Below are positions 10,206-20,471 of a DNA stretch of 53,899 nucleotides, in pieces (the stretch's first letter is position 1; each line of letters starts with the position of its first letter). The translations under genes and the position numbers were made by a program. The notes beneath the pieces are model-generated. The model saw only the letters and a program-made list of their open reading frames with translations, was not told the DNA's origin and did no database searches. Source of the DNA: Syntrophaceae bacterium (GTDB lineage: Bacteria > Desulfobacterota > Desulfomonilia > Desulfomonilales > Desulfomonilaceae). Where the stretch lies: NCBI GenBank assembly GCA_031292235.1, contig JARLHM010000055.1, positions 1 to 53,899 on the forward strand, written 5' to 3'.

Positions 10206-11663
10206 ATGGTTGTGCAAGAATCTTTGACCTTTGATGATGTTTTTCTAGTGCCTTGTTATTCAGAATTGCTGCCATCAGCGGTAGACGTTCAGACCAGGCT
10301 GACCGCAGCCATCACTTTGAATATTCCTCTCGTTAGCGCTGCCATGGATACGGTCACGGAATCCGAGATGGCTATCAGTTTAGCCCGTCAGGGCGGGATA
10401 GGAATTATTCATCGTAATCTCGGCATACCGGAGCAGGTTCGGGAGGTTGACCGCGTTAAAAGGTCGGAGTCGGGAATGATAGTGGACCCGATAACGATAC
10501 ATCCTGAACAAAAAATCTCAGATGCTCTTCAAATTATGAAGAAATACCATATTTCAGGTGTACCGGTTACAGTCAACGGATACTTGAAGGGTATTCTCAC
10601 GAACCGGGACCTTCGTTTTATCGAAGACCTCGACCTCAAGGTCGAGGAAGTCATGACCAAAGAGAACCTGATTACGGTTGATGAGAAAATAGGCATAGAA
10701 GAATCTAAGGCTCTGCTTCACAAACACAGGATAGAAAAACTGGTCGTTGTTGACCGCGAAAACAGGGTCAAAGGGTTAATTACCATTAAGGACATTCAAA
10801 AGGCCATCATGTATCCTAATTCTGCAAAAGACGAGTTCGGTCGTTTGCGGGTTGGGGCCGCTGTTGGAGTTGGCCCCGACAGGGAGGAGAGGGTTGAAGC
10901 GCTTTTAAGGCGTGGCGCAGATGTAATTGTGGTCGACACTTCACACGGACATTCTAAAAACGTGATGGACGTCATTAGAGATATAAAAGCCAGTTACAGC
11001 AATTGCCAAATTATAGGAGGCAACATCGCAACACCTGAAGCGGTTCGTGATCTTGTCAGCGCTGGCGCTGACGGAGTCAAGCTGGGGGTTGGTCCAGGAT
11101 CTATTTGTACTACTAGGATTGTGGCCGGGGTTGGTGTGCCCCAAGTTTCCGCTATCCTTGAGTGTTCCAAGGTGGCCGCTGAACTTAATGTGCCCATAAT
11201 AGCCGACGGAGGGGTCAAATACTCGGGTGATGTTACCAAAGCCCTGGCTGCAGGCGCTAACACCGTCATGATCGGCGGACTGCTTGCGGGCACAGACGAG
11301 AGCCCTGGGGAGATGGTACTATATCAAGGCAGATCTTACAAATCATACCGCGGAATGGGTTCAATTGAGGCAATGAAAGATGGTTCCCGTGACCGTTATG
11401 GACAACACGAGGGAGTCGCAGAACACAAGCTCGTTCCTGAGGGTATTGTAGGCATGGTGCCGGCAAAAGGACCTGTTTCCGATTCAATCACACAACTTAT
11501 TGGGGGACTCAAAGCCGGCATGGGCTATCTTGGCGCCAAAACTCTTGAAGATCTCAGATCAAGGGCCAAATTTATAAAGGTCACCGCGGCCGGTCTGAAA
11601 GAGTCTCATGTTCACGATGTTGTAATTACCAAAGAGGCCCCCAATTACAGACGTGAATCCTAA
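10206..11663 (+). CDS. guaB: IMP dehydrogenase
   Basis: [11 protein letters not shown]-terminus, CBS pair, catalytic loop [11 protein letters not shown], and GGLLAG. The ORF is open from ATG 10182, but ATG 10206 has GGAGAG 6 nt upstream. Confidence 0.93.
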   Translation: MVVQESLTFDDVFLVPCYSELLPSAVDVQTRLTAAITLNIPLVSAAMDTVTESEMAISLARQGGIGIIHRNLGIPEQVREVDRVKRSESGMIVDPITIHPEQKISDALQIMKKYHISGVPVTVNGYLKGILTNRDLRFIEDLDLKVEEVMTKENLITVDEKIGIEESKALLHKHRIEKLVVVDRENRVKGLITIKDIQKAIMYPNSAKDEFGRLRVGAAVGVGPDREERVEALLRRGADVIVVDTSHGHSKNVMDVIRDIKASYSNCQIIGGNIATPEAVRDLVSAGADGVKLGVGPGSICTTRIVAGVGVPQVSAILECSKVAAELNVPIIADGGVKYSGDVTKALAAGANTVMIGGLLAGTDESPGEMVLYQGRSYKSYRGMGSIEAMKDGSRDRYGQHEGVAEHKLVPEGIVGMVPAKGPVSDSITQLIGGLKAGMGYLGAKTLEDLRSRAKFIKVTAAGLKESHVHDVVITKEAPNYRRES

Positions 11664-11683
11664 CAGAAGTTTAGAGTCTTAAA

Positions 11684-12721
11684 ATGTTGCAAGCACTAAT
11701 TTTTGGAACGACGGGATATACTGGTATAGAACTAATCCGAATCCTTAGCGCCCATCCTGAAGTCTCAGTTGTCGCGGGTAGTTCTCGAACGTGGGCCAAC
11801 AAGAAAGCGAGCGAAGTTTTCTCATATATTTCCGCTGAGAAAGACTTCCCCCTTGTTGAACTTGAACGACTCCTCGACAAACCAGAAGCGGACGTTGCGT
11901 TTCTTGCCCTTCCTCACGGGGATTCCGCCATCGCTGCTCGTCGACTTTTGGAATCAGGTGTCAAAGTTATTGATTTGTCCGCTGATTTTCGTTTGAAAGA
12001 CCTTGGGACCTATGAATCCTGGTATGGTTTACACAAGGACCCTGATTTGCTTAATAGCGGAGTTTATGGGCTTGCGGAAATTCACAGGGATGAAATACGA
12101 ACAGCCGAACTTGTAGCTAATCCGGGTTGTTATCCCACAACGGTGATCCTCGGAATAGCTCCAGTCGTTAACATTGATGGAGTTGACACTTCGTTTCCTA
12201 TTGTTGATTCGAAGTCAGGTATATCCGGAGCCGGGCGGGGCGCAAAGCTGAACACGAGCTTCAGCGAGGCCGGTGAGGGATTCAGGCCATATGGAGTTAT
12301 CGGCCACAGACACATTCCAGAGATGGAACAGGAACTCTCGCTGTTGGCCGGGCGAAAAATCACGGTCAGGTTCACACCGCACCTTATCCCTGTGAGTCGG
12401 GGCATGGTCAGCACAATATATTTGCGGACCGTTCCCGATCTGGATGCTGAAACTTTGAGAGACGCGTTCGAAAAGTTTTATGAGAATGAACAGTTTGTGC
12501 GGGTGCTCCCCAAGGGCATATTCCCGGATACTGCCAGAATTAGGGGTTCCAACCAGGTCCACATATCCGTTGAAATTGATCAGCGGACCCACTACGCGGT
12601 TATAATGACGGCAATTGACAACCTCGTAAAAGGAGCGTCGGGCGCGGCGGTTCAGAATATGAACATCATGTTTGACTTTGAAGAGAGCGCGGCGCTGATG
12701 GGACTTCCTTTGTTTCCTTGA
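11684..12721 (+). CDS. argC: N-acetyl-gamma-glutamyl-phosphate reductase
   Basis: 345 aa with GTTGYTGIELIRIL NAD-binding motif and active-site ANPGCYPT. Confidence 0.93.
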   Translation: MLQALIFGTTGYTGIELIRILSAHPEVSVVAGSSRTWANKKASEVFSYISAEKDFPLVELERLLDKPEADVAFLALPHGDSAIAARRLLESGVKVIDLSADFRLKDLGTYESWYGLHKDPDLLNSGVYGLAEIHRDEIRTAELVANPGCYPTTVILGIAPVVNIDGVDTSFPIVDSKSGISGAGRGAKLNTSFSEAGEGFRPYGVIGHRHIPEMEQELSLLAGRKITVRFTPHLIPVSRGMVSTIYLRTVPDLDAETLRDAFEKFYENEQFVRVLPKGIFPDTARIRGSNQVHISVEIDQRTHYAVIMTAIDNLVKGASGAAVQNMNIMFDFEESAALMGLPLFP

Positions 12722-12768
12722 TCCCTGACCATCAATCAGTTGATTTCTAACAAGGTAAGGTGAGAGCC

Positions 12769-13338
12769 ATGAGTTCCAGGAAAAAACAAGTCGGAGTCGA
12801 CATGGGGTTAACGGAGGAAGACAAAGCTCAGCTTCTTAAGCTGGTTAAGACCGCCGTGGAATGCAAGTGCAAGGGGCTCAAACCACCGGTCTTCAAACCT
12901 ACGTCAGAGAAGCTCAAAGAGAAATGCGGCGCTTTTGTAACAATAAACAAGAAGGGCATGCTCAGGGGTTGTATCGGATGGCTAAATGCGACCAAGCCTC
13001 TCTGTGAGACTGTCCTGGAAATGGCCGAGTCCGCAGCTTTTAAGGACCCCCGGTTCAGACCCATATGCGGGGATGAACTGGAATTCCTGGATTATGAGAT
13101 CTCAGTCCTAACACCCTTTCACCGAATTAAAGATGTTGACGAAATTCAGGTAGGGATTCACGGTATTCTAATCCGAAACGGTTTAGGATCAGGCTTGCTG
13201 TTGCCGCAAGTGGCTGCGGAACGCGATTGGGACCGAACCACCTTCCTAGAGGAAACATGTCGAAAGGCAGGGCTAAATCGGGACGCATGGAAGGACCCGA
13301 ATTCAGAGATCTATGTATTCTCCGCAGATGTATTCTGA
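12769..13338 (+). CDS. AMMECR1-domain protein
   Basis: CGAFVTINKKGMLRGCIG and LLPQVA motifs of AMMECR1. The ORF is open from GTG 12760. ATG 12769 lies 8 nt after AAGGTAAGG. Confidence 0.85.
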   Translation: MSSRKKQVGVDMGLTEEDKAQLLKLVKTAVECKCKGLKPPVFKPTSEKLKEKCGAFVTINKKGMLRGCIGWLNATKPLCETVLEMAESAAFKDPRFRPICGDELEFLDYEISVLTPFHRIKDVDEIQVGIHGILIRNGLGSGLLLPQVAAERDWDRTTFLEETCRKAGLNRDAWKDPNSEIYVFSADVF

Positions 13339-13403
13339 CAGTTTATGTTTGAAGGGCCTGTAAAAACCTTATAATTCGAAATTGGTTTCTCAAGGAGAAG
13401 AAG

Positions 13404-14150
13404 GTGATCTGTCCCAAATGCGGCAAGGAGTTTGATCCGTCGCCTGGGGCCACGGAATTATGCCCCAACTGTTTCATGTCTTCCGAAAGGTCCGATCAAA
13501 GGGACACCTTTGGCGACGCGTCGTCGTCTCATCCGGAATTCCATTTTGGCGGATCATTCGGATATTGTCCCTGGGAAGACGAAGCTGGAATCGGTTTCAT
13601 TCAAGGGCTACTACAGACCCTCAGGCAATCAATATTTCAGCCCACCAATTTCTTCAGACATTTGCCGCTTCAGGGAGGATACAAGTTCCCATTCCTTTAT
13701 GCGCTGGTTGTTTCATCTATTTCCATTCTAGCTGCATATATAGCTTCCACAATTTGGGATTCCAGGGCCATGTCAATGAGTCATGGCATGATATTAATGG
13801 GCCCCCGTCTTGGCGCCCTAATTTATGTTTTGTCGGTAGTGGTTCTGGAAATTTTCATCAAACCTGCTGTTCTGCTAGTGTGCCTGCTGGCTCTAGGGGT
13901 TGGGAACGCCAAAATGGAAAGTGTTTTCAGAATAAGTTGTTATTCGACGGGACCAGGGATTTTTAACGTTGTGCCATTGTTGGGCTCTCTTGTCGCAGGC
14001 GTTTGGGAGTTTGTAGTCCTTGTGATTGGCCTAAAGGAGGGATTTGGTATCGGAACAGGCCGAGCGATAATTGCTATCCTTTTACCATTGATTGTCACGG
14101 TGGTATTTTTGATTGTGGCCATTATGATGGTTATCGGGAAACTTTTCTAG
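13404..14150 (+). CDS. zinc-ribbon / Yip1-like multi-pass membrane protein
   Basis: GTG start. N-terminal CPKCG...CPNC ribbon followed by about five hydrophobic helices in a Yip1/DUF-like arrangement. Confidence 0.65.
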   Translation: MICPKCGKEFDPSPGATELCPNCFMSSERSDQRDTFGDASSSHPEFHFGGSFGYCPWEDEAGIGFIQGLLQTLRQSIFQPTNFFRHLPLQGGYKFPFLYALVVSSISILAAYIASTIWDSRAMSMSHGMILMGPRLGALIYVLSVVVLEIFIKPAVLLVCLLALGVGNAKMESVFRISCYSTGPGIFNVVPLLGSLVAGVWEFVVLVIGLKEGFGIGTGRAIIAILLPLIVTVVFLIVAIMMVIGKLF

Positions 14151-14186
14151 GATAACCGTAGTGTACTGGGATAAATTAATATAAAG

Positions 14187-16595
14187 CTATATAGGGATAT
14201 TCAATACTTCAGACACATTAGACGCATAGTGGACAGTTATTGAAAGCCGACCTCTAAAATATTTTGAGATCTCGATTCCGAGCGGCGTTGTCCCACCATT
14301 CCTCAGCCCATACATGAGCCAACAGAAGAGCGAAGGCAGCGTTGTTTTGGTTCGGAAACGGACACTGTGAGCCGGTTGATCGGTTCCAGCGGTCGACACC
14401 CATCCTCTTGGCGGGTTTGTAGCTCCACAAGCATGATCAATCTTTGCATGGGCGGTTGGCGATATCATCCCGATAACGAATCCACCCGATTTGCCGTATG
14501 CTACTATTTTGTTCCGTCCTTTAGGTTTCACTTTCAGGACATAAGTTGAAAATTGCCAGTTATGAATGATTTCGTGTAAACCTGAACCTAAAATATGTTC
14601 CAGGACAATCCAGAACCCATTCTTTGAGAAGATTAGACTTCTTTTCAAATTACATGCGTTCCCCGCGAGGTCGTTCAATTCGTCGGATCCACCTGAACCG
14701 GCCACAAACCCAGGTCCTTCGTGAACCCTGATCGAGTTTCGAGATGGTTTGATCCGTTCAAAGATAGGTCGGCTCATTCTCTGTGGTTCAATCCCATCGA
14801 CAACAACAACGTTGTGAGCTAAGGCGGATCGATAGTTTGATGTCAAAATGTCAGGAGCATACTTGGTTATACCAGGGTCTACGAGCCACGGCGCTCCCTC
14901 ATCGAAAATTTCTAGTGACAAGAGATCATTATGGACGTGAAACGCCCCACCTGGTCCGGCTCTGAACAGTGCCCACCTTGGATGGTTTTCTTCGAAGCCA
15001 TTAATAACGAATATCCCCGAGTCCGGGAACAACCTCGTGGTTCGTTCGGGTGGTTTACCCGACTTCCCGCTAGATGCTACCCATGCAAAATCGGGCCTTT
15101 CGAAAACATGGGCTGCGTTTACAAAAAACTGGCAATAATTTCTGTCAACGCCGCCTGAATCGTTTATAGATGGCCACGTAAAATCAGGTCGGGCTAAGGC
15201 CATCAAATATTCAAAGCTCTTTTCCAGAGGTCCATAGAAAATCGGCGGGAGCGAGGTCCTGGATACTTCAGCAACTTGTCTGACTTCTAGAAGGGCGTTT
15301 ATACAAATCGAGTGGTAAAGAGGAGAGAGTTCAAAATGGGCGCCATCAGGAAGAAACTGCCGGTCATGCTCGCTGACCAATCTGCTCAATCCTGTTTCAA
15401 TCCATTTTGAAGCGTCCCGGAATAGAGGGAAGAGCAGTCCGGCTAAAGTCAGAGCGGCAGATTCGACAATGATCCAATTGTTGGGATGTCCCTGATGGTC
15501 CATGAGACTTTGAGCGTGTTCCCATACCGATCTTAGCATCAATTCCTTGACTTCCTCGGGAAATGAACGGCTAGGCCACATGGTCCCTACAATCCAAAGC
15601 CATTCTCTCAGTCTCCAAGCGGCCGTCAGGGTTTCCCAGGTTGGTCCTGCTCCACCATTAGATCCTATGGGAACTGGACATTTGCGAATCCAATCCGCCA
15701 CGACTTCGGCCAATCTCTCAACCACTTGTTTGTCTCCGGACTTTACGAATTCCTGGACCATTGAACGCAGGAAGTGGTGACGGTTAAGGAAATGGGTCCA
15801 TTCGAGTTCTCCGAGAGGATTGGCGTCCCATGTGATTTCGTGTGGGAGTACTTGACCCATTATTCTACCATTCATGACATCGGACCAGGTGTCGTCGGGA
15901 TAGTAATGAGGCGGTGGAACAAATAGCCCTGGGTCTTGGGCAGAGAAGGGTGGAAGGCCATTTTGAGTTTTAACATCTTTGCAGGACGGCATGAGGTTTG
16001 ACTTTGGACGGTGGTTCCTGAAATTTTGGTCAAAAGACGTTTTGTCTGTCATCAGTTCTTTTAGACCGCTACTAGTTAAACGTGGGCCTTCAGGGTTAAG
16101 ATGTTTCTCTCCTTGAATTTCTTGGAACTCGATCCTGATGTCTTTAGGGCCTATCTGGAATTTTTCATTGGAAAAAGTAATTTCTATCCCTGTTACATTT
16201 GTCCATCCAAGGGGAGTTCCGTAAACGCCGAAACTCTCGAGGGGAAAACGCAATGTCGTGGCTGTTCCAGGACCGAGTATCTCTATACCGCCTGAGAATG
16301 AAATTGGTTTTTGATTTCGTGCGCCTCCGGGATTTCCATGTTTTAGCGTTATCCCCACCAAAATGGGAAATTCACTGAGACTTCGAAGAGTCAATGACAG
16401 AGAATTGAACGCCGAAAGATCTGGAGATTCGAATTCAACCGAAAAAGAGATCCTATTTATTCCATTAATTAGAACCTTGTTACCTCTAAGCTCGAAATCG
16501 TTGGAATTAGCGATGTCCGATGGGTTGACCAGGGTTGAGCGGGAAAGAATAATGTCTCTTTTAAATTCCGAATCGTGAAGACTTGGATCTTTCAT
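14187..16595 (-). CDS. heparinase II/III-like (alginate-lyase fold) protein with N-terminal beta-sandwich domain, no signal peptide
   Basis: 802 aa. Central alpha/alpha toroid-like region (ELEWTHFLNRHHFLRSM, WETLTAAWRLREW, NNWIIVE) and C-terminal HNDLLSLE/HNVVVVDG heparinase_II_III-like sheet. The N-terminus MKDPSLHDSEF is not a signal peptide. Confidence 0.75.
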   Translation of the reverse strand: MKDPSLHDSEFKRDIILSRSTLVNPSDIANSNDFELRGNKVLINGINRISFSVEFESPDLSAFNSLSLTLRSLSEFPILVGITLKHGNPGGARNQKPISFSGGIEILGPGTATTLRFPLESFGVYGTPLGWTNVTGIEITFSNEKFQIGPKDIRIEFQEIQGEKHLNPEGPRLTSSGLKELMTDKTSFDQNFRNHRPKSNLMPSCKDVKTQNGLPPFSAQDPGLFVPPPHYYPDDTWSDVMNGRIMGQVLPHEITWDANPLGELEWTHFLNRHHFLRSMVQEFVKSGDKQVVERLAEVVADWIRKCPVPIGSNGGAGPTWETLTAAWRLREWLWIVGTMWPSRSFPEEVKELMLRSVWEHAQSLMDHQGHPNNWIIVESAALTLAGLLFPLFRDASKWIETGLSRLVSEHDRQFLPDGAHFELSPLYHSICINALLEVRQVAEVSRTSLPPIFYGPLEKSFEYLMALARPDFTWPSINDSGGVDRNYCQFFVNAAHVFERPDFAWVASSGKSGKPPERTTRLFPDSGIFVINGFEENHPRWALFRAGPGGAFHVHNDLLSLEIFDEGAPWLVDPGITKYAPDILTSNYRSALAHNVVVVDGIEPQRMSRPIFERIKPSRNSIRVHEGPGFVAGSGGSDELNDLAGNACNLKRSLIFSKNGFWIVLEHILGSGLHEIIHNWQFSTYVLKVKPKGRNKIVAYGKSGGFVIGMISPTAHAKIDHACGATNPPRGWVSTAGTDQPAHSVRFRTKTTLPSLFCWLMYGLRNGGTTPLGIEISKYFRGRLSITVHYASNVSEVLNIPI

Positions 16596-17176
16596 TTCGA
16601 ATTTCGATTGATGTTTTGGCTAAATTCCTGACACGCTTTTTGTACAAGCAACACAGGATCGTCTTCGGTAAAGAACGCCATTCCGGGGGTCCGTCCTGAT
16701 TTTGCGACAATCTCGTCAAAAAAGTCGGACAAGCGCCCACTTCCTGAAAGGAACCCTATTACATTTTCATGGGTAAAATCATCAAAGGCTATAGTAAATT
16801 CATTCAGAGTCCCTATGCCGCCGCCCAAAAATATCGCCACGTCAGCGCTGCGAACCAGAATCACATTTCGCCCTTTGTTACCCATGCCGGTGAATATAAT
16901 TATATCACTATCAGCAGGATAGCAGTAACGCTCGAGGTGTTCTGTCCTGTTCAGAGCGGGTGAGACAGCCAAAGTTAATCCGCCAACAGCTTTTGCTCCA
17001 AGAGACGCCATATGTGGCACCCCTGGACATCCGCCGGTAAGGACGATTCCTTCCTGTCGTCCTATCTCTTGACCCAATTTAAAGGCCTTTTTTGAAATTT
17101 CCGAATTTTCAGGTTCACGGGCTGAGCCCAGAACTGCAATTTTGAGTCGTTGAGTAAACAAGCGACTGACCTCCAC
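16592..17176 (-). CDS. TIGR00725 / LOG-like (SLOG) Rossmann protein
   Basis: KIAVLGSA...GIVLTGGCPGVPHMA...FLGGGIGTLNEF pattern. 4-nt overlap with the downstream heparinase-like gene. Alternative TTG start at 17161 lies 8 nt after GGAGG. Confidence 0.75.
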   Translation of the reverse strand: MEVSRLFTQRLKIAVLGSAREPENSEISKKAFKLGQEIGRQEGIVLTGGCPGVPHMASLGAKAVGGLTLAVSPALNRTEHLERYCYPADSDIIIFTGMGNKGRNVILVRSADVAIFLGGGIGTLNEFTIAFDDFTHENVIGFLSGSGRLSDFFDEIVAKSGRTPGMAFFTEDDPVLLVQKACQEFSQNINRNSK

Positions 17177-17380
17177 GTCTTAAAGGTCTGTTAATGATAC
17201 TGGGAAGTGATAGAAAATCCAGGAATAAAGACATTTCTAAAAAAATATACGGAAACATTATCGCGCGGGTTAACCATGAAACCTGCCATACGATGCGCCT
17301 GCCGCAAGAAATCATGGAACCCTGAAGGCTGTAAGTTATTCATTTGGTGTCCTCAATAACAATGTTTGCCCTGATAAATC

Positions 17381-17407
17381 TTGACACTTCACGTCTGAAA
17401 ATATAAT
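17381..17407 (+). promoter_or_regulatory. candidate sigma70-type promoter for glmU-dusB-fis
   Basis: TTGACA (17381-86), 15-nt spacer, TATAAT (17402-07), 40 nt upstream of the glmU ATG. The spacer is short. Confidence 0.4.
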
Positions 17408-17447
17408 TTTCTACTCTGATCGCTTTATAGATTGGATATGGTCAAAC

Positions 17448-18839
17448 ATGAAACGTTATGGCGCTGTGATCCTTGCGGCAGGCAAGGGAACGCGTATGAA
17501 GTCGAATTGTTGCAAAGTACTGCATCCAGTAGCCGGCCGACCAATGCTGGCCTATGTCCTGGATGCGGTACGGACCTTGAGTCTGGACAGAATAGGTGTA
17601 GTGATTGGCCATCAGGCTGAAGATGTCATGCGGTGTTTCGACGATGGGGATTTGAATTTTGTGAAGCAGGATCCACAACTGGGAACTGGGCATGCTGTTA
17701 AGCAGTGTTACGAATTGTTTCAAGGATTTGATGGACACGTCTTGATAATGTGTGGAGATACCCCGCTTGTTAAACCTGAGACACTTGACGGTTTTATAAG
17801 GTATCACGACGAAAATTCCAGTTTGCTTAGTGTGCTGACCACTAACTTGGAGAATCCTTTTGGTTATGGTCGAATTTTAAGGGATTGCGCAGGCAACGTG
17901 GCGAAGATTGTTGAAGAAAAAGACGCATGTGATCCGGAAAAAGCTATAAAGGAAATCAACACAGGGATTTATATTGTTGAATGCAGTCTTTTATTTAGAT
18001 TACTTGATAGGCTCAAGGCTGAAAATGCGCAGAAAGAATATTATCTGACTGATGTTGTTTCATGGGCTAATCGTGAAGGTGTAACGGTTCATGGTTGCCG
18101 AACGGAAGACTCTTGTGTGGTCATGGGGGTAAACAGTAGGTCTGATGTCGCCGCTGCAAATGGCGTTGTGTGGAATCGAATTAGATGGGAATTAATGTCG
18201 GAAGGGACGACTCTTCTTGACCCGTCGTCATTTTACGGGGATTTTGGAATAACAGTAGGGCCTGATACTGTAATCTATCCGAACGTTATGATTACCGGGA
18301 ATTCATCTATTGGAAGGGACTGCGTAATTGAGCCCGGTTGCTTTATAAACGATTCCAGAATCGGTGACAGGGTGCGAGTTCTTTTAGGATCGAAGTTGGA
18401 CGACGTTGAAATCTCGGAGGATGTCTCAATAGGTCCAATGGCCCATTTGAGGCCCAAGGCCAAGATCGGAAAGAACGCCCGAATAGGGAATTTCGTTGAG
18501 GTCAAGAACACCACTGTTGGAGATAGAACCAAGGCTGCGCACCTGACGTATCTCGGCGATAGTCAGATAGGAGACGACGTTAATATTGGATGTGGGACGA
18601 TTACATGTAACTACGACGGGAAAAAGAAACATCGCACCATTATTGAGAACCGATGTTTCGTAGGATCGGATGTACAATTTGTTGCTCCGGTCGAGATTGG
18701 ATCCGGCAGTGTGATTGGAGCGGGAAGCACAATAACCAAGGATGTGCCGCCGAACTCCCTTGCTGTTTCTAGGTCAAAACAGAAAACGTTTCCTCTTCGT
18801 TTAGGACAGGGCCTGGCTCCAAAGAATGAAGATCGGTAA
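17448..18839 (+). CDS. glmU: bifunctional GlcNAc-1-P uridyltransferase / GlcN-1-P acetyltransferase
   Basis: 463 aa with AVILAAGKGTRMKS N-terminus and C-terminal left-handed beta-helix hexapeptide repeats. Confidence 0.95.
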   Translation: MKRYGAVILAAGKGTRMKSNCCKVLHPVAGRPMLAYVLDAVRTLSLDRIGVVIGHQAEDVMRCFDDGDLNFVKQDPQLGTGHAVKQCYELFQGFDGHVLIMCGDTPLVKPETLDGFIRYHDENSSLLSVLTTNLENPFGYGRILRDCAGNVAKIVEEKDACDPEKAIKEINTGIYIVECSLLFRLLDRLKAENAQKEYYLTDVVSWANREGVTVHGCRTEDSCVVMGVNSRSDVAAANGVVWNRIRWELMSEGTTLLDPSSFYGDFGITVGPDTVIYPNVMITGNSSIGRDCVIEPGCFINDSRIGDRVRVLLGSKLDDVEISEDVSIGPMAHLRPKAKIGKNARIGNFVEVKNTTVGDRTKAAHLTYLGDSQIGDDVNIGCGTITCNYDGKKKHRTIIENRCFVGSDVQFVAPVEIGSGSVIGAGSTITKDVPPNSLAVSRSKQKTFPLRLGQGLAPKNEDR

Positions 18840-19794
18840 TATTGAGCTGAATGGCGCCGTGGTTCTGGCGCCTATGGCGGGAATAACTGATCCCCCGTTT
18901 AGACGTAGTGTGCTGACCTTTGGAATTTCGTGTCTGTGGACAGAAATGATAAGCTGTAACGCTGTCGTCCATGCACGAAAAATTCTGGCTACGATGGACA
19001 CCAGGGAGCATACTGTTCCCGTGATTTTTCAGATCATCGGCAAAGATCCGGAAATCATGGCTGAATGCGCAAGGATTGTACAGGATCATGGCGCTGCGGC
19101 TGTAGATATTAATATGGGTTGCCCTGCGAGGCAGGTGATAGGTTCCGGTGGCGGTGTCGCTCTGATGCGTAACCTGGAACTGGCTGGTCGGATCATTGGC
19201 TCAGTGCGGAAAGCAATAACAATACCCCTGACGGTAAAGATGAGAACCGGCTGGGACGAAAAAAGCGTCAATGCGCCTGAGTTGGCTTTGATAGCCGAAC
19301 GGGAAGGGGCCGACGCTATTGTTTTGCACGCCAGGAGCAGATGCGCAGGCCACTGTGGCCCAGTTTCTTTGGATCTTTTGAAGCTGGTCAAGTCCACGGT
19401 GTCAATCCCTGTAATAGGAAACGGTGGAGTGATAGCGGTTGAAGACGCTCTGAATATGGTAATGGAAACCGGTTGCGATGGAATTATGATTGGCAAGGGA
19501 GCGCTGGGACGTCCCTGGTTCCCAAGGAAGATACTCGAAACACTGTTTGGTTGGGTGGTGACGTCATACCAATCGAATAGATCGCTGGGTGTAGTTGTGA
19601 GGCGGCATTTCGAAGATGAACTGAGGTGGTGCGGTGTGAGGCCAGGCTTACACAGGATGCGAAAGCACCTAGGTTGGTACTCAAAAGGGATTGATGGCGC
19701 CGCCGAATTCCGCTCTCGAGTATTTACGGAAGAAAACCCTGAGATGGTCCTAGCTTTCATAGACAATTTTCTTGGAAAGGTAATGATCCCATGA
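18826..19794 (+). CDS. dusB: tRNA-dihydrouridine synthase
   Basis: LAPMAGITDPPFR, DINMGCP, and a TIM-barrel FMN pattern. Followed by a fis-like gene, as in the dusB-fis operon. Confidence 0.92.
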   Translation: MKIGNIELNGAVVLAPMAGITDPPFRRSVLTFGISCLWTEMISCNAVVHARKILATMDTREHTVPVIFQIIGKDPEIMAECARIVQDHGAAAVDINMGCPARQVIGSGGGVALMRNLELAGRIIGSVRKAITIPLTVKMRTGWDEKSVNAPELALIAEREGADAIVLHARSRCAGHCGPVSLDLLKLVKSTVSIPVIGNGGVIAVEDALNMVMETGCDGIMIGKGALGRPWFPRKILETLFGWVVTSYQSNRSLGVVVRRHFEDELRWCGVRPGLHRMRKHLGWYSKGIDGAAEFRSRVFTEENPEMVLAFIDNFLGKVMIP

Positions 19795-20123
19795 AATCTG
19801 GCCATAGGCATATGGATTCGAGTCCTGCCGGATCGGAGACTTCCCGTGAGAACAAGAAGTCTGGGGGGGCCCCTTGGGCATCGAACATTGGAGATTCATT
19901 GGACTCTCTTGTTGAATATCTTGTGGACAACAATGTAGAGGGCATTCATCCTCTAATCATGGGGGAAGTTGAAAAGAGGCTGATCATAAAAGTGCTCGAA
20001 AGGAATCGCGGTAATAAGCTCCGTGCCGCGCGTAGTCTTGGACTAAGTAGAAACACTTTTCACAGAAAAATTCTTAAACTGAAGGAGTCTTGTGATTTGT
20101 CAGATTCAAATCCCGATTCGTGA
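19791..20123 (+). CDS. fis: Fis-family DNA-binding protein
   Basis: 110 aa with C-terminal HTH NRGNKLRAARSLGLSRNTFHRKILKL. 4-nt overlap with dusB. Confidence 0.8.
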   Translation: MKSGHRHMDSSPAGSETSRENKKSGGAPWASNIGDSLDSLVEYLVDNNVEGIHPLIMGEVEKRLIIKVLERNRGNKLRAARSLGLSRNTFHRKILKLKESCDLSDSNPDS

Positions 20124-20317
20124 ATCCAGGGCTCGAAGCTAGCTGATCTGTTACATTTTTGTAAGAAGCCATGTTTCAGGGACCTGATGTCGGCCCTTTG
20201 GGGTGAATGACAAAATCCTGCGGTTCGCTTTTGGGCAACCTGTTGTCGAGTGTTAACATAGCGGAATTATGACTAGTGAAGTTGTCGTTACTTGAGTTCT
20301 GTTGCACTAGATATAGC

Positions 20318-20345
20318 TTGACACCAACGCCCAATAAAATATAAT
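20318..20345 (+). promoter_or_regulatory. near-consensus sigma70-type promoter
   Basis: TTGACA (20318-23), 16-nt spacer, TATAAT (20340-45). About 30 nt downstream are AGGAG (20368-72) and ATG 20379. Confidence 0.55.
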
Positions 20346-20378
20346 CAACAAAGCTTCCGATGTTCCTAGGAGAGCCTG

Positions 20379-20471
20379 ATGGATCCCGGCGATTTGGTCG
20401 TGCTCCAGAAGAAGGTTTATGACTCATTTAGCAGACGGATAGCTGGAGAAAATAGTAGGAATAAAGACTAA
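20379..20471 (+). CDS. 30-codon ORF, possible N-terminal part of a frame-split ZapB-like coiled-coil protein
   Basis: AGGAG 6 nt before the ATG. Peptide MDPGDLVVLQKKVYDSFSRRIAGENSRNKD. The -1 frame continues open to 20602 with coiled-coil-like LNLELGKRDKEIAELHK...KLDRITAILEALT. Confidence 0.4.
   Translation: MDPGDLVVLQKKVYDSFSRRIAGENSRNKD

Noticed and set aside
13432-13966. 99-aa and 168-aa alternative-frame ORFs inside the Yip1-like gene
   Set aside because: They are same-strand overlapping frames with Arg/Ser-rich composition. The 13404 frame gives coherent TM helices and a zinc ribbon.
19086-19811. 241-aa ORF on the minus strand
   Set aside because: It lies entirely antisense to dusB, which has clear family motifs. 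Its Ser/Pro/Thr-rich composition is typical of a shadow frame, and it has no SD.
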